DNA of 64,000 bases, from positions 1 to 64,000 of the forward strand of contig CBDBHB010000009.1 of assembly GCA_965205505.1 (NCBI GenBank). Direction: 5' to 3'. Origin of the DNA: Acidobacteriota bacterium (GTDB lineage Bacteria; Acidobacteriota; UBA890; WLXD01). Both the position numbers and the translations under genes were made by a program. Positions 9,721 through 18,439 of this stretch are shown one piece after another (position 1 is the stretch's first letter; each line of letters begins with the position of its first letter). The notes beneath the pieces were generated by a model that saw only the letters and a program-made list of their open reading frames with translations, did not search any database and was not told the origin of the DNA.

Positions 9721-11613
9721 TTGTCTCCGCGCTGGCCATCGCGGCTGCCGCCACACTACGAGTACTTACGCAACATAGAGCACCAGCACCCGGAGCTCAC
9801 CGGTGGCCTGTGCGCCGTGCTGCCGCGGAAGGTGCTGGCGCGGCTGCCGAGCTTTTCGCACCCGTGGCCGGAGGTCCTCGCCGCCGAGCTGACGCCGGAG
9901 CTGGTAGCCGAAGCGCTACGCGCGCTGGTGCCGCACGTCGGCGACGACACCTCCTCGGGCTCGAGGTTCTTTCAGACGATCCGCGACGGCCGCGGCCACT
10001 GGAACAAGGAAGTGTTCTGGCACCCTGGGCTCGTGATCCTGCCGCAGCTCGCCGCGGCTCACTGGTTGCAGCAGCTGGTGCTCGGCTCCCCGTTGCAGGA
10101 TGCGCGCGGTCGCGTTCGTCACTTGGTGATCGACTACGACGGTCCACGGCGCCTCTGCGACCCGGAGACACGACACGAAGCGCTGCGCGAGATCCGCATC
10201 GCCGGCGTGCCCGTCTGGTTCGCCACGCGGCCGAGCTATAACCGCGAGCACTCGATGCACGTATACGTGCTGCTGGATCAGCCGATGCCGGCGGACGAGG
10301 CGGCCGAGCACGTTCGGCGTCTGTTGCGCACCAAGCCGGGGGCGCCGCCGGGACAGTGGTGCGAGATCCTGGTGAGGGCTTGTCGTCTGCCGGCCGGCCT
10401 CGACGCCGCCCGGCTCGATCCCGCCACCGGTGCCGAGCTCGAAGAATCGCCCGGCGTGCAGCTGCGCTCGATTCTTCAGCTGCGCGACACCTGTGACCGG
10501 CTCCGGGTGCGCAGGTGTCCAATTCGTGTCCCGAGGATGGCTCAGGACACTCGCGGATCTTTCGCCGCAGGTCCGGGTGCGGAGACCTGCCTAAGTCGGG
10601 CACCATCGCCGCTGGAGGCGATCGCAGCCGCAGCCGAGGCACGAGCCGAGCGCTACGAGCTCGCGGAAGCCGCGGGCGGTGAGCGGCCGCGCTTCGGATC
10701 CGTCGGGCCACTACCGTGGGACGGGCCGTGCGAGATCGCACAGCTGTTGCGCTCCGGATCGGTGGACCCTGGCTACCGCAATGCAACCGCCCGCGCCATC
10801 GGGCACTTCGCGCACGCCGCGGGCCTCGACCTGGACGCAACGCTCCAGTCCTTCGACGCCATCACGTTCCAGGGCGCCACGTGGGCCGAGTTACGCGGCT
10901 GGCGAGCCGACTGCACGAGATCGTACGCACGCGGCGCCAAGCTGCTGCGCAACCCCGCCGCGACCGAGGCCTCGACGCCGACGCCTGACAAGCTCCGGGA
11001 AATCGCCACAGCCGCGCTCGAGCAGCTGCCTGACGAGGTGCGCTCCCGCCTCGAGGCCGACGCGGCCGAGATCCCACACCGGGCACTGCGGCGCGCGTTC
11101 CTGCGCCTCGTCGGCTATACGCTTGCCCGGTGCCGTCAAGGGCGGCCCGATGTGCCGGCCTCGACGTTGCGCACTTTGGTCGGTACGCCGCGCTGGTGCA
11201 AACCAGCGATCGAACGCGCCGTGCTCCTCGGCTGGCTCCGGATCGAACGCGAGGCCGATCGCCTCAAGCACCGCTGCCGGCGCTTTGCAACAGGTCCTCA
11301 AGCTAGCGCTCCGGCTCCCGATCCCCCGAGCGGATGCATCATCGAGTCCCCCATGCAGCACTGGAGCATCGTTGAGTTCCCCCTGGTGCACATGAGCTTT
11401 TTGGGTACACATAATGACCCGAAGGGGGACCGGTCCGACAAGGAGTACTCCCCACACACGGTCCGAGAGGGAAAACGCCGCCGACACGCCTGCCCGGGAC
11501 AAGGCGATCGCGGGCCGCCGAGCGCCGCCCGAACAACTGCCGCGACCGCCTACCGGCGCAGGCGAGTCGACTGGTACCGCACTCGGGACGCTCGCCGCCG
11601 ACACCAAGCGTGA
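9721..11613 (+). CDS. AEP (primase-polymerase)-like replication protein with PriCT-like and C-terminal HTH-like regions; start uncertain
   Basis: HLVIDYD (hhhDxD), SMHVYVLLD (sxH), CRLP, PGYRNATARAIG (PriCT-like). Confidence 0.65.
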   Translation: MSPRWPSRLPPHYEYLRNIEHQHPELTGGLCAVLPRKVLARLPSFSHPWPEVLAAELTPELVAEALRALVPHVGDDTSSGSRFFQTIRDGRGHWNKEVFWHPGLVILPQLAAAHWLQQLVLGSPLQDARGRVRHLVIDYDGPRRLCDPETRHEALREIRIAGVPVWFATRPSYNREHSMHVYVLLDQPMPADEAAEHVRRLLRTKPGAPPGQWCEILVRACRLPAGLDAARLDPATGAELEESPGVQLRSILQLRDTCDRLRVRRCPIRVPRMAQDTRGSFAAGPGAETCLSRAPSPLEAIAAAAEARAERYELAEAAGGERPRFGSVGPLPWDGPCEIAQLLRSGSVDPGYRNATARAIGHFAHAAGLDLDATLQSFDAITFQGATWAELRGWRADCTRSYARGAKLLRNPAATEASTPTPDKLREIATAALEQLPDEVRSRLEADAAEIPHRALRRAFLRLVGYTLARCRQGRPDVPASTLRTLVGTPRWCKPAIERAVLLGWLRIEREADRLKHRCRRFATGPQASAPAPDPPSGCIIESPMQHWSIVEFPLVHMSFLGTHNDPKGDRSDKEYSPHTVREGKRRRHACPGQGDRGPPSAARTTAATAYRRRRVDWYRTRDARRRHQA

Positions 11614-12140
11614 AAGGGGTCGAGGTCCCCGAGCTGGGAGCCTACGACGTTGTAGCCCGAGGAGCTTTGGAGCCGCTGACGGTACTTGAGTACGTAGCGT
11701 AAGAGAAGGCAGGCATGGTGTTGCGTGCCGCGAAGCTCAAGGGTGGAGATGCTACGCATCGTACGCGGACCGCAGGCGCTTCGGCCTCAACGAGATACGC
11801 GCCGTGGATCGAGGTCGCCGAGAGGGAACTGCTCGGAGAGAAAACGCGGGTGACGTTCCTTGGTCCCCGCGCGAGCGGACCGAGTTCGCGCTGTACCGCT
11901 GCACCCCGGCGAGCGCGATTGCTTCGCCTCCTACGTGTGCGTACACGAGAGCGCGGTCGTGGATGCGCTGACGCAGGACAATGGCGGGGAGCTCGGCTGG
12001 CTGGCCAAGCGGGCTGCTAGAGGCCGCTGGCATCGAGGCGGTTGAGAGTCTCTCCTGATCGCCCTCGCCTGGGCGCGATCCGCTCTCGGCGTCGAGCTGC
12101 GATGGTTTGCCGCGGGCGGTGCTCGTGTTCGCGATCTCTC

Positions 12141-12815
12141 TCACCACGGTGATCGTCCCCCGCTGCCTGAACACTGGCGATCTCGCCGGCCCCGTTGCTG
12201 GTGGCGTGCTCGCCGGCCCTGTGCGTGATCGGGCCCGCCACACGCACGGCCAGGCCTCGAACTCGGCGCGCACCCTGGCGCGTCCTGGCCACTCATTGAA
12301 CTCGGCCACACTGCGCCGGCGCGCTCACGAGGCAAGCTGATGCTATTAACCGATGCCTTCGTGTGGGTCGTCATTTTTCTGATCGGCTGGATTATCTCAG
12401 CCTCTGGCGAGTAGACGATCGCGCCGGCGCTCGAGCCTATCGAGCGCCGAGCGGGGCCGCCTAGAGCTCCACCACTACCGCAACATGCGAGGGGAATCCC
12501 ATGACAGACGCACAACGGCGCGAGACCTGCGCCGACAAGGTTCAAGATTCGATGGAATCGAGGCGTGCCGATATCCGAGATCTCATCGAGGCCCACCATC
12601 GCAACTGGGACAACGACGGCTCGAGGCGCGCTCAAGTTAGCGCGGTAGCGCGATACCAAGCGCACGTACCACCACGGGGCCCGGCCATACGGTCGGGCCT
12701 TTCGTGCGTCTATGGCGTGGCCCTGATACGCCACCACGCGGCCGGCGCGCCACCATAGGCCGATCATCGGCCGCGAGTTCTGCCTCGCGTCCTGGGGCCA
12801 CCACGGCTCGCCCAC
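12141..12815 (-). CDS. Hypothetical protein of the mobile element
   Basis: 224-aa ORF with plausible composition; no recognisable motif. Confidence 0.25.
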   Translation of the reverse strand: MGEPWWPQDARQNSRPMIGLWWRAGRVVAYQGHAIDARKARPYGRAPWWYVRLVSRYRANLSAPRAVVVPVAMVGLDEISDIGTPRFHRILNLVGAGLAPLCVCHGIPLACCGSGGALGGPARRSIGSSAGAIVYSPEAEIIQPIRKMTTHTKASVNSISLPRERAGAVWPSSMSGQDAPGCAPSSRPGRACGGPDHAQGRRARHQQRGRRDRQCSGSGGRSPW

Positions 12816-12908
12816 TCCACAGGCCCGACCATCGCGCCGGCCACCTGCACGCGCTAATACGCGCGCCTAACGCACCTCGAGGCCCTAGGCGAACTCATAC
12901 CCGCCTAG

Positions 12909-12993
12909 GCGCCACCACCTGCGCCACGCGCCACCACCTGCGCCACGCGCTGCGCCACGCGCCACCACCTGCGCCACGCGCCACCACCTGCGC
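12909..12993. repeat. Tandem 19-bp repeat GCGCCACCACCTGCGCCAC (3 full copies, 2 partial); iteron-like
   Basis: Units at 12909, 12928, 12947 (12 bp), 12959 and 12978 (16 bp). Confidence 0.9.
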
Positions 12994-13338
12994 TCGAACT
13001 GGCCCCGCTGCTGCCCTGCTGGCCCCATCGCTTCGAGTGCGCCGGCGCACTGGTGGCGCAGTCGGCGCACTGGTAGCGCACCCTGGCCCCCAACCGCGCG
13101 CGCCAGCTGGCCCCCAACCACCACGCGCGCCGAACTCTCGAGCCCTAAACCGTCCGATATGGCCATGCGCTCGCGTGCTCGAGGTCGTCATCGGCCCCAA
13201 TCTGTAAACCCTATGGCCACAGTCATTTATGGGGGCCTAGCAAAGTAAACGAGGCCCCCCACGTGGATACCGCGATGTGCCCTGACATTTGTAAGCAAAG
13301 GTTCGTCGCCGGTGCCGCATCATAATATGACCAACTAA

Positions 13339-13872
13339 ATGACAATCGACCGAAACCAGCCGACCGACCCCGAAGTCATCCGCCGCATGCGGTGGACTCG
13401 CCGCTATCGCCGGTGGCGCGCCGGGATCCTCCGGAACGAGCCGTTGTGCCGATCCTGCGCCGAGAATGGCTTCACGGTCGCTGCGGAGCACATCGACCAC
13501 ATCGAGGCCGTCCACCTGGCGCCTGAGCGCTTCTGGGATCGGGCCAACATCCAGCCGTTGTGCCGGGACTGCCACGAGAACAAGCACCGCGGGAAACCCC
13601 TCACCCTCGAGCAGTTCCGTGAGCGCGAGGCCTGGCTCCGCCACCGTGGCCGATCCGCTGACCGCCCCTCGAGCGCCGCTGCCGGCGCTTTGCACCAGGT
13701 CCTCGATCTGGCGCTCCGGCTCCCGATCTCGCGCGCGAGTGCATCATCGAGTTCAGGTCAGCGACCGCATGATCGCTTCCAGCGGCCCCCGACGGAAGCG
13801 CCGCCGCCACACATGCGAGAAGACCACGCCGAGCCCGCAGAACAGGACGGAGCTTCCGACCACGAAGGTTAG
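13339..13872 (+). CDS. Phage-type HNH endonuclease (terminase-associated gp74-like); 3' end fused to unrelated DNA after about 13650
   Basis: WRAGILRNEPLCRSC..AEHIDHI..FWDRANIQPLCRDCHENKH. Confidence 0.85.
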   Translation: MTIDRNQPTDPEVIRRMRWTRRYRRWRAGILRNEPLCRSCAENGFTVAAEHIDHIEAVHLAPERFWDRANIQPLCRDCHENKHRGKPLTLEQFREREAWLRHRGRSADRPSSAAAGALHQVLDLALRLPISRASASSSSGQRPHDRFQRPPTEAPPPHMREDHAEPAEQDGASDHEG

Positions 13873-14829
13873 CGAGCGGTCCTGGAGTCCACCGAGGCTC
13901 TCGATCGTGCCCATGCCGAGGACCACATGGGCCACGTAAAGAGTCAGCGCCAGCTGCCCGGTGTGGACCAGCGGTCGGATCCAGGCAACGTGCCCGAACC
14001 GGATACCGATTCCGACCGTCAGCGCGATCACGGCGCAGGCGGTTCCCGCGCCGGCGATCATGTACAGCGGCATGGGCGGCATCGGGGCGGTGCCCAGCAG
14101 GAACTCGAGTTCCGGGACCACGTTCGGCGCCCGGCCGGCGCCGGTGAGCCGCACCAGGACGCGACTCAGGATCTCGGTGGCGACCGCGGCGCCGGCGCCA
14201 GCCACCAGCACCCTGCGTCGCGTTGCTGGATCGGTCATGTCGAGACGGCCCACGATGAGGCCGAGCAGCAGAAACGCCAACCAGGGCACGACCGGGTGGA
14301 AGCCGTTGAACAACACGTGGCGGACCATGCCCTGCAGGCTCCAGAACCCGGTGTACTCCAGCGTCTCCCAGTTCCAGCCGCGATCGTAGTCGAGCATCGC
14401 CATCAGACCCACGAAGCCCAGGACCAGGCTCCATGCGATCGCCCACAAGCGTCGCGGCGGTGACGCGAACAGGAAAGCCGCCGCAGCGATGTAGACGCCA
14501 TAGAAGTGCAAGATGTCCGCGGTCCAGATCGGCGTGTACAGCAGGCCGACGACGAACAGAAACAGCGCACGACGCAACAGGGTCGACCGTGTCGATGCCA
14601 TCGCCGTGGGGTCGCTGCTGTCCCGCGCCTGGCGCGACAACAGGGCGATACCAATCCCGGCCAACACCACGAACGTCGCGGCGGCGCGCCCCTCCAGGAG
14701 ACGAAGCGCGGTCGCCAGCCATGCAGGACCCGCGGCGGGCTCCGACATGACCACGTTGAAGTTGACGATGACCATTCCGAACACCGCCAAGGCGCGCGCC
14801 AGGTCGTAGCCGATGATGCGCTCGCTCAA
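13753..14829 (-). CDS. DUF418 family membrane protein
   Basis: RIIGYDLARALAVFGM, EGRAAATF, GQLALTLYVAH, RRGPLEAIMR. Confidence 0.9.
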   Translation of the reverse strand: MSERIIGYDLARALAVFGMVIVNFNVVMSEPAAGPAWLATALRLLEGRAAATFVVLAGIGIALLSRQARDSSDPTAMASTRSTLLRRALFLFVVGLLYTPIWTADILHFYGVYIAAAAFLFASPPRRLWAIAWSLVLGFVGLMAMLDYDRGWNWETLEYTGFWSLQGMVRHVLFNGFHPVVPWLAFLLLGLIVGRLDMTDPATRRRVLVAGAGAAVATEILSRVLVRLTGAGRAPNVVPELEFLLGTAPMPPMPLYMIAGAGTACAVIALTVGIGIRFGHVAWIRPLVHTGQLALTLYVAHVVLGMGTIESLGGLQDRSLTFVVGSSVLFCGLGVVFSHVWRRRFRRGPLEAIMRSLT

Positions 14830-15241
14830 CGGTCGTATCCCGCGGCAGGCTCGCCGATGGTTGGCACGGCGGTCCCCGGCGCCACCGCCGCAAGGTCATA
14901 GCCGACATGGGGCTCCGGGTGTGGCTGGCCGGGAAGGGCGCGCCGCTGCCACGGCGCTGTTTTCAACAAGTACATACTGTCGTTTCTTCTTAGGCTTCTG
15001 CCTTGCCCTTGCAGATGCCCATCGGCACTAGGAGGCGGCGGAGAGGAGACGAGCCCCAGAATCGCTTCCAACGCGCGCCGAAGCGTAATTGGGTATCCGG
15101 GGGCGTCCTGCGGGTAGCTCCGCGCCGCTCCTGAGCGATCCTCGCCTCGCTTCAGGTGCTGGCGTGGGCGACGGGGCGCGCGCCGCCAGCATCCAGCAGC
15201 AGGAAGAATGTATTCTATCCAGCAGCAGGAGGGAGGTGGGA

Positions 15242-15853
15242 ATGGCCATCAATAACATGGCGAAGCTGCGTGCCGTCTATCCTCCTCCTGCCGCGCAGGC
15301 CGAGCTTAAGGTCCTGGACCACCTGGACGTTCACTGCCGCAATTTCATCGCCCTGTCTCCCTTCTACGTCATCAGTTCCGGCCGCGCCGACGGGCGAGCC
15401 GACGCCTCTCCACGGGGCGATCCGCCAGGATCCCTGGCGTACATACCGGACGACAAGACGCTGCTACTGCCTGACCGGCCGGGAAACCGTCAGGTGGACA
15501 CGTTGATGAACCTGGTGGAACGTCCCTACGTGGGCCTGGTGTTTTTAGTGCCAGGCTTGACTGAAACACTTCGGATCAACGGGCAGGCGGAGATCTCCAC
15601 CGACCCGGAACTGCTGAAGCCTCTGGCCATCCGGGGCAAGCTGCCCATCTCTGTCCTCAAGGTGACGGTGGAAGAAGCGTTCCTGCACTGTGCCAAGGCC
15701 CTTATTCGAGCCCGGCTTTGGGATGAGGAGGCGCAAGTTGAACGCTCCTGCTTCCCGACCTATGGACAGGTGCTGGCGGAGCAGATCGCAGGGGCTGACG
15801 CCGCCGAGATCGATTCCGGCGAGGCGGAAAGCGCCCGGACTGAGCTCTCTTGA
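15242..15853 (+). CDS. Pyridoxamine 5'-phosphate oxidase-like FMN-binding protein (MSMEG_1061-like)
   Basis: DASPRGDPPG, LPDRPGN, ETLRING, HCAKALIRARLW; RBS GGAGG. Confidence 0.9.
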   Translation: MAINNMAKLRAVYPPPAAQAELKVLDHLDVHCRNFIALSPFYVISSGRADGRADASPRGDPPGSLAYIPDDKTLLLPDRPGNRQVDTLMNLVERPYVGLVFLVPGLTETLRINGQAEISTDPELLKPLAIRGKLPISVLKVTVEEAFLHCAKALIRARLWDEEAQVERSCFPTYGQVLAEQIAGADAAEIDSGEAESARTELS

Positions 15854-16252
15854 CCCCCAAACCCTCGCGCGAGTGTCGCATCTAGGACCGGGAAAGCGGC
15901 GCGAACATGCGCGCCATCGGCTCGGACCTCCGTAGAGAGCACGGACTGGCCAACTCAGACAACGAGATGGCTGGGCGCTGTGGGACCTGACGCCACGCTT
16001 TCTGAGGCATCTCGGGAGGCCTCAGGTGGGTCGCTAGGAGTAGACCGGTGATGCCGAACGTGGCCTCAGCAGCGGCGTCTACGTATTCTTCAAGCGCTTC
16101 CCAGAAGTTCGGATCTCGCCGACGCCGTCTGCTGGTACCGTCTGGCTGCCGGGCAAGGCGACGCCGACGTCCAGTGATCGGCACGCCAACCATCACTTCG
16201 AGGCTGCCGGCGTTGGAGGCGATGCCATCGACGCGCTGCGGCGGCGACTCAG

Positions 16253-17041
16253 CTATAGCAGTGCCATGCGACTCGACAACTCGTCGCGGAAGGTTCTACT
16301 GAGCCGCAGCTCCTCGCCTGACTTGAGGCGCACGACATAGTCTCCGGCCCCCAGCGCGTTCAGTGACTCGATCGCATCTACGTTCACCATGGTAGACCTA
16401 TGGATTCTCCAGAACGTCTCAGGATCGAGTCTTGTTTCCAGATCCTTGATCCGGACACGGACCAAGTGCATGGTATCGACTGCATGGAGGTTCACGTAGG
16501 GGCCATCGGCGGTGATGTGGGTTACGTCGTTGAGGGCAACAATGCGAAGCCTCCCTCGGCTCTCGACAGCGACGCGTTGCGGCCACGGTCGGTCGTGAGT
16601 GTCAACTCGCCCGTCCCGCGATTTCAGCAGATGTTGGAGTGTCGCCAGCCGAGCGCCTGTCCGAGCCGAGCGGATCAGCTCGATCGCACGATCAACGCTG
16701 GCGTTGAACCGATCTTCGGTAAAAGGCTTCAGGACGTAGTCGACGGCAGCCAGTTCGAAGGCGGTCAGTGCGTGCTCCGCATATGCTGTGACGAAGATCG
16801 TATGTGGTGCGTTGCCACCCAGACGCCGCACGACTTCCAGACCGCTGAGTCCTGGCATCTGGATATCCAGCAGGACGAGATCTGGAGCATGCTCGTTGAT
16901 TGCGGCTGAAGCGAGCTTGCCATCCGAACAGACTGCCGCCAGTTCGCAATCGCCCCGCTGAGCCAGCAAGTCAACTAGGCGTTGCCTTCCTGGCTGTTCG
17001 TCATCCACAACGAGAACGCGGATCGGCTTGGATGCGCTCAA
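16253..17041 (-). CDS. LytTR-family response regulator
   Basis: Receiver domain (VVDDE, LDIQMP, FVTAY, LKP) plus LytTR motif F.RIHRS..VN. Confidence 0.95.
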   Translation of the reverse strand: MSASKPIRVLVVDDEQPGRQRLVDLLAQRGDCELAAVCSDGKLASAAINEHAPDLVLLDIQMPGLSGLEVVRRLGGNAPHTIFVTAYAEHALTAFELAAVDYVLKPFTEDRFNASVDRAIELIRSARTGARLATLQHLLKSRDGRVDTHDRPWPQRVAVESRGRLRIVALNDVTHITADGPYVNLHAVDTMHLVRVRIKDLETRLDPETFWRIHRSTMVNVDAIESLNALGAGDYVVRLKSGEELRLSRTFRDELSSRMALL

Positions 17042-18156
17042 GGTGAAATTTCCTCCTCGGAGCTGACAAACGGCACCTCCACCGTAGCGATAAATCCCGA
17101 ATCCCCCTTTGACGTCGTCTGTAACGAGGCATCTTCGGCGCCGTACAGGTGCGACAAACGTGCCTCGAGGTTCTCTAGTGCTACGCCCTGGCCGGACGTG
17201 ACACTCACACCGGGGGCCCCAGCCAGCTCGTCAGTGACGCTCAGTTTGATCCGTTGTCCGGAGCGGACGAGGCTCACGCGGATTCTGCCCCCGCTCGGCG
17301 AGGCTCCAGGCCCATGTACATATGCGTTCTCCACTAGAGGCTGAAGCGTCAGAACAGGAATGAGTCCCGACTCGATACCTTTGTCGACATGCACATCAAC
17401 CACGATGCGGTCGCCGAAGCGATACTGCATGATCGCAATGTAGCTGCGGAGGAAGGCGACCTCTTCCGCAATCGTAGCGAAGTGGCCGTCGCCTGCCGAA
17501 GATGCCCTGCGGAGCAGCGAACTCAACTCCGACAGCAACTCGATCGCTGCTCGCGAGTCGGTGCCCGCCAGGCTGGCGGCAGTGTTGAGCGTGTTGAACA
17601 GGAAGTGTGGCTGCAGCTGGGCGCGCAGATTCGTCAGACGAGCGTCCGCAAGCTCCGCCATCAGTACAGCGTGCGTAGCCTTTCGTTGGCGAGAGCGGTC
17701 CAACAACACCACGATTGTGCACAGAGCAAGCAGGCCGACAAATCCGGGTAGGTGTAGAAACAGTACTGGCAGGAGTCCCCAGTGGGTGAATCGGCGCAAT
17801 ATGGAGCAGGCCACGCCGCATTGAGCCGTCTGCAGATCGAGCCAGATCACATCGACTGCTACCTCGACCATGTGTCCTGCCAGGCTTCCGAAGAGCCAGG
17901 CAAGCAGCAACAGGGGCACTCTCCGCGCCCAAGCTCCGCGTCGGGACCACGGCGCCGCCAGGACAGGGTAGAGGGCCACACTGAGGAGTGCCCAGATGGC
18001 GAGACCAAGCGAGTCGCTGACCGCCCAGATGAGCCGGTGACGGTGCTCGTCGCCCCAGCTCGTCGCAAGCAGTAGCGTAGCGATCCCTGCCCACGCGGTG
18101 ATGGCGTACAGCAAGCGCCATCGCACCGAGTCCAGCGACGTCTTGGTCAACTGCAT
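17038..18156 (-). CDS. LytS/YehU-family sensor histidine kinase
   Basis: N-terminal TMs, LRAQLQPHFLFNTLN, LQPLVENAYVHG, G.AL.N...RL. Confidence 0.93.
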   Translation of the reverse strand: MQLTKTSLDSVRWRLLYAITAWAGIATLLLATSWGDEHRHRLIWAVSDSLGLAIWALLSVALYPVLAAPWSRRGAWARRVPLLLLAWLFGSLAGHMVEVAVDVIWLDLQTAQCGVACSILRRFTHWGLLPVLFLHLPGFVGLLALCTIVVLLDRSRQRKATHAVLMAELADARLTNLRAQLQPHFLFNTLNTAASLAGTDSRAAIELLSELSSLLRRASSAGDGHFATIAEEVAFLRSYIAIMQYRFGDRIVVDVHVDKGIESGLIPVLTLQPLVENAYVHGPGASPSGGRIRVSLVRSGQRIKLSVTDELAGAPGVSVTSGQGVALENLEARLSHLYGAEDASLQTTSKGDSGFIATVEVPFVSSEEEISP

Positions 18157-18439
18157 ACCCCTCGTGATCCGTTACAGCCGTCGTGCTCACCGCTCGTAAC
18201 TGCTCAACAATACGACCGTGATGCGTGACGGCAAACGACCGTGGCATGAAGCGCACCGAAACAGGCTCGAGACGACCGTATCGTTGGATCGAGCGAGTAA
18301 CGGTACGTTCGCCGAAACCAGCGGTTGGGCACGCTCTGCGTGCGACTCGGAACAAAGCCCTTGTTCAGCAGGAACACAGAATGCGAGGAATGTCCCTACA
18401 CGCCGTCCTTGACGATCCCCAAAGGGGCAACCGAAACTC

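Noticed and set aside
12909-12993. CRISPR array
   Set aside because: The repeats are contiguous without unique spacers and there are no cas genes. The same applies to the 52411 and 45816 repeats.
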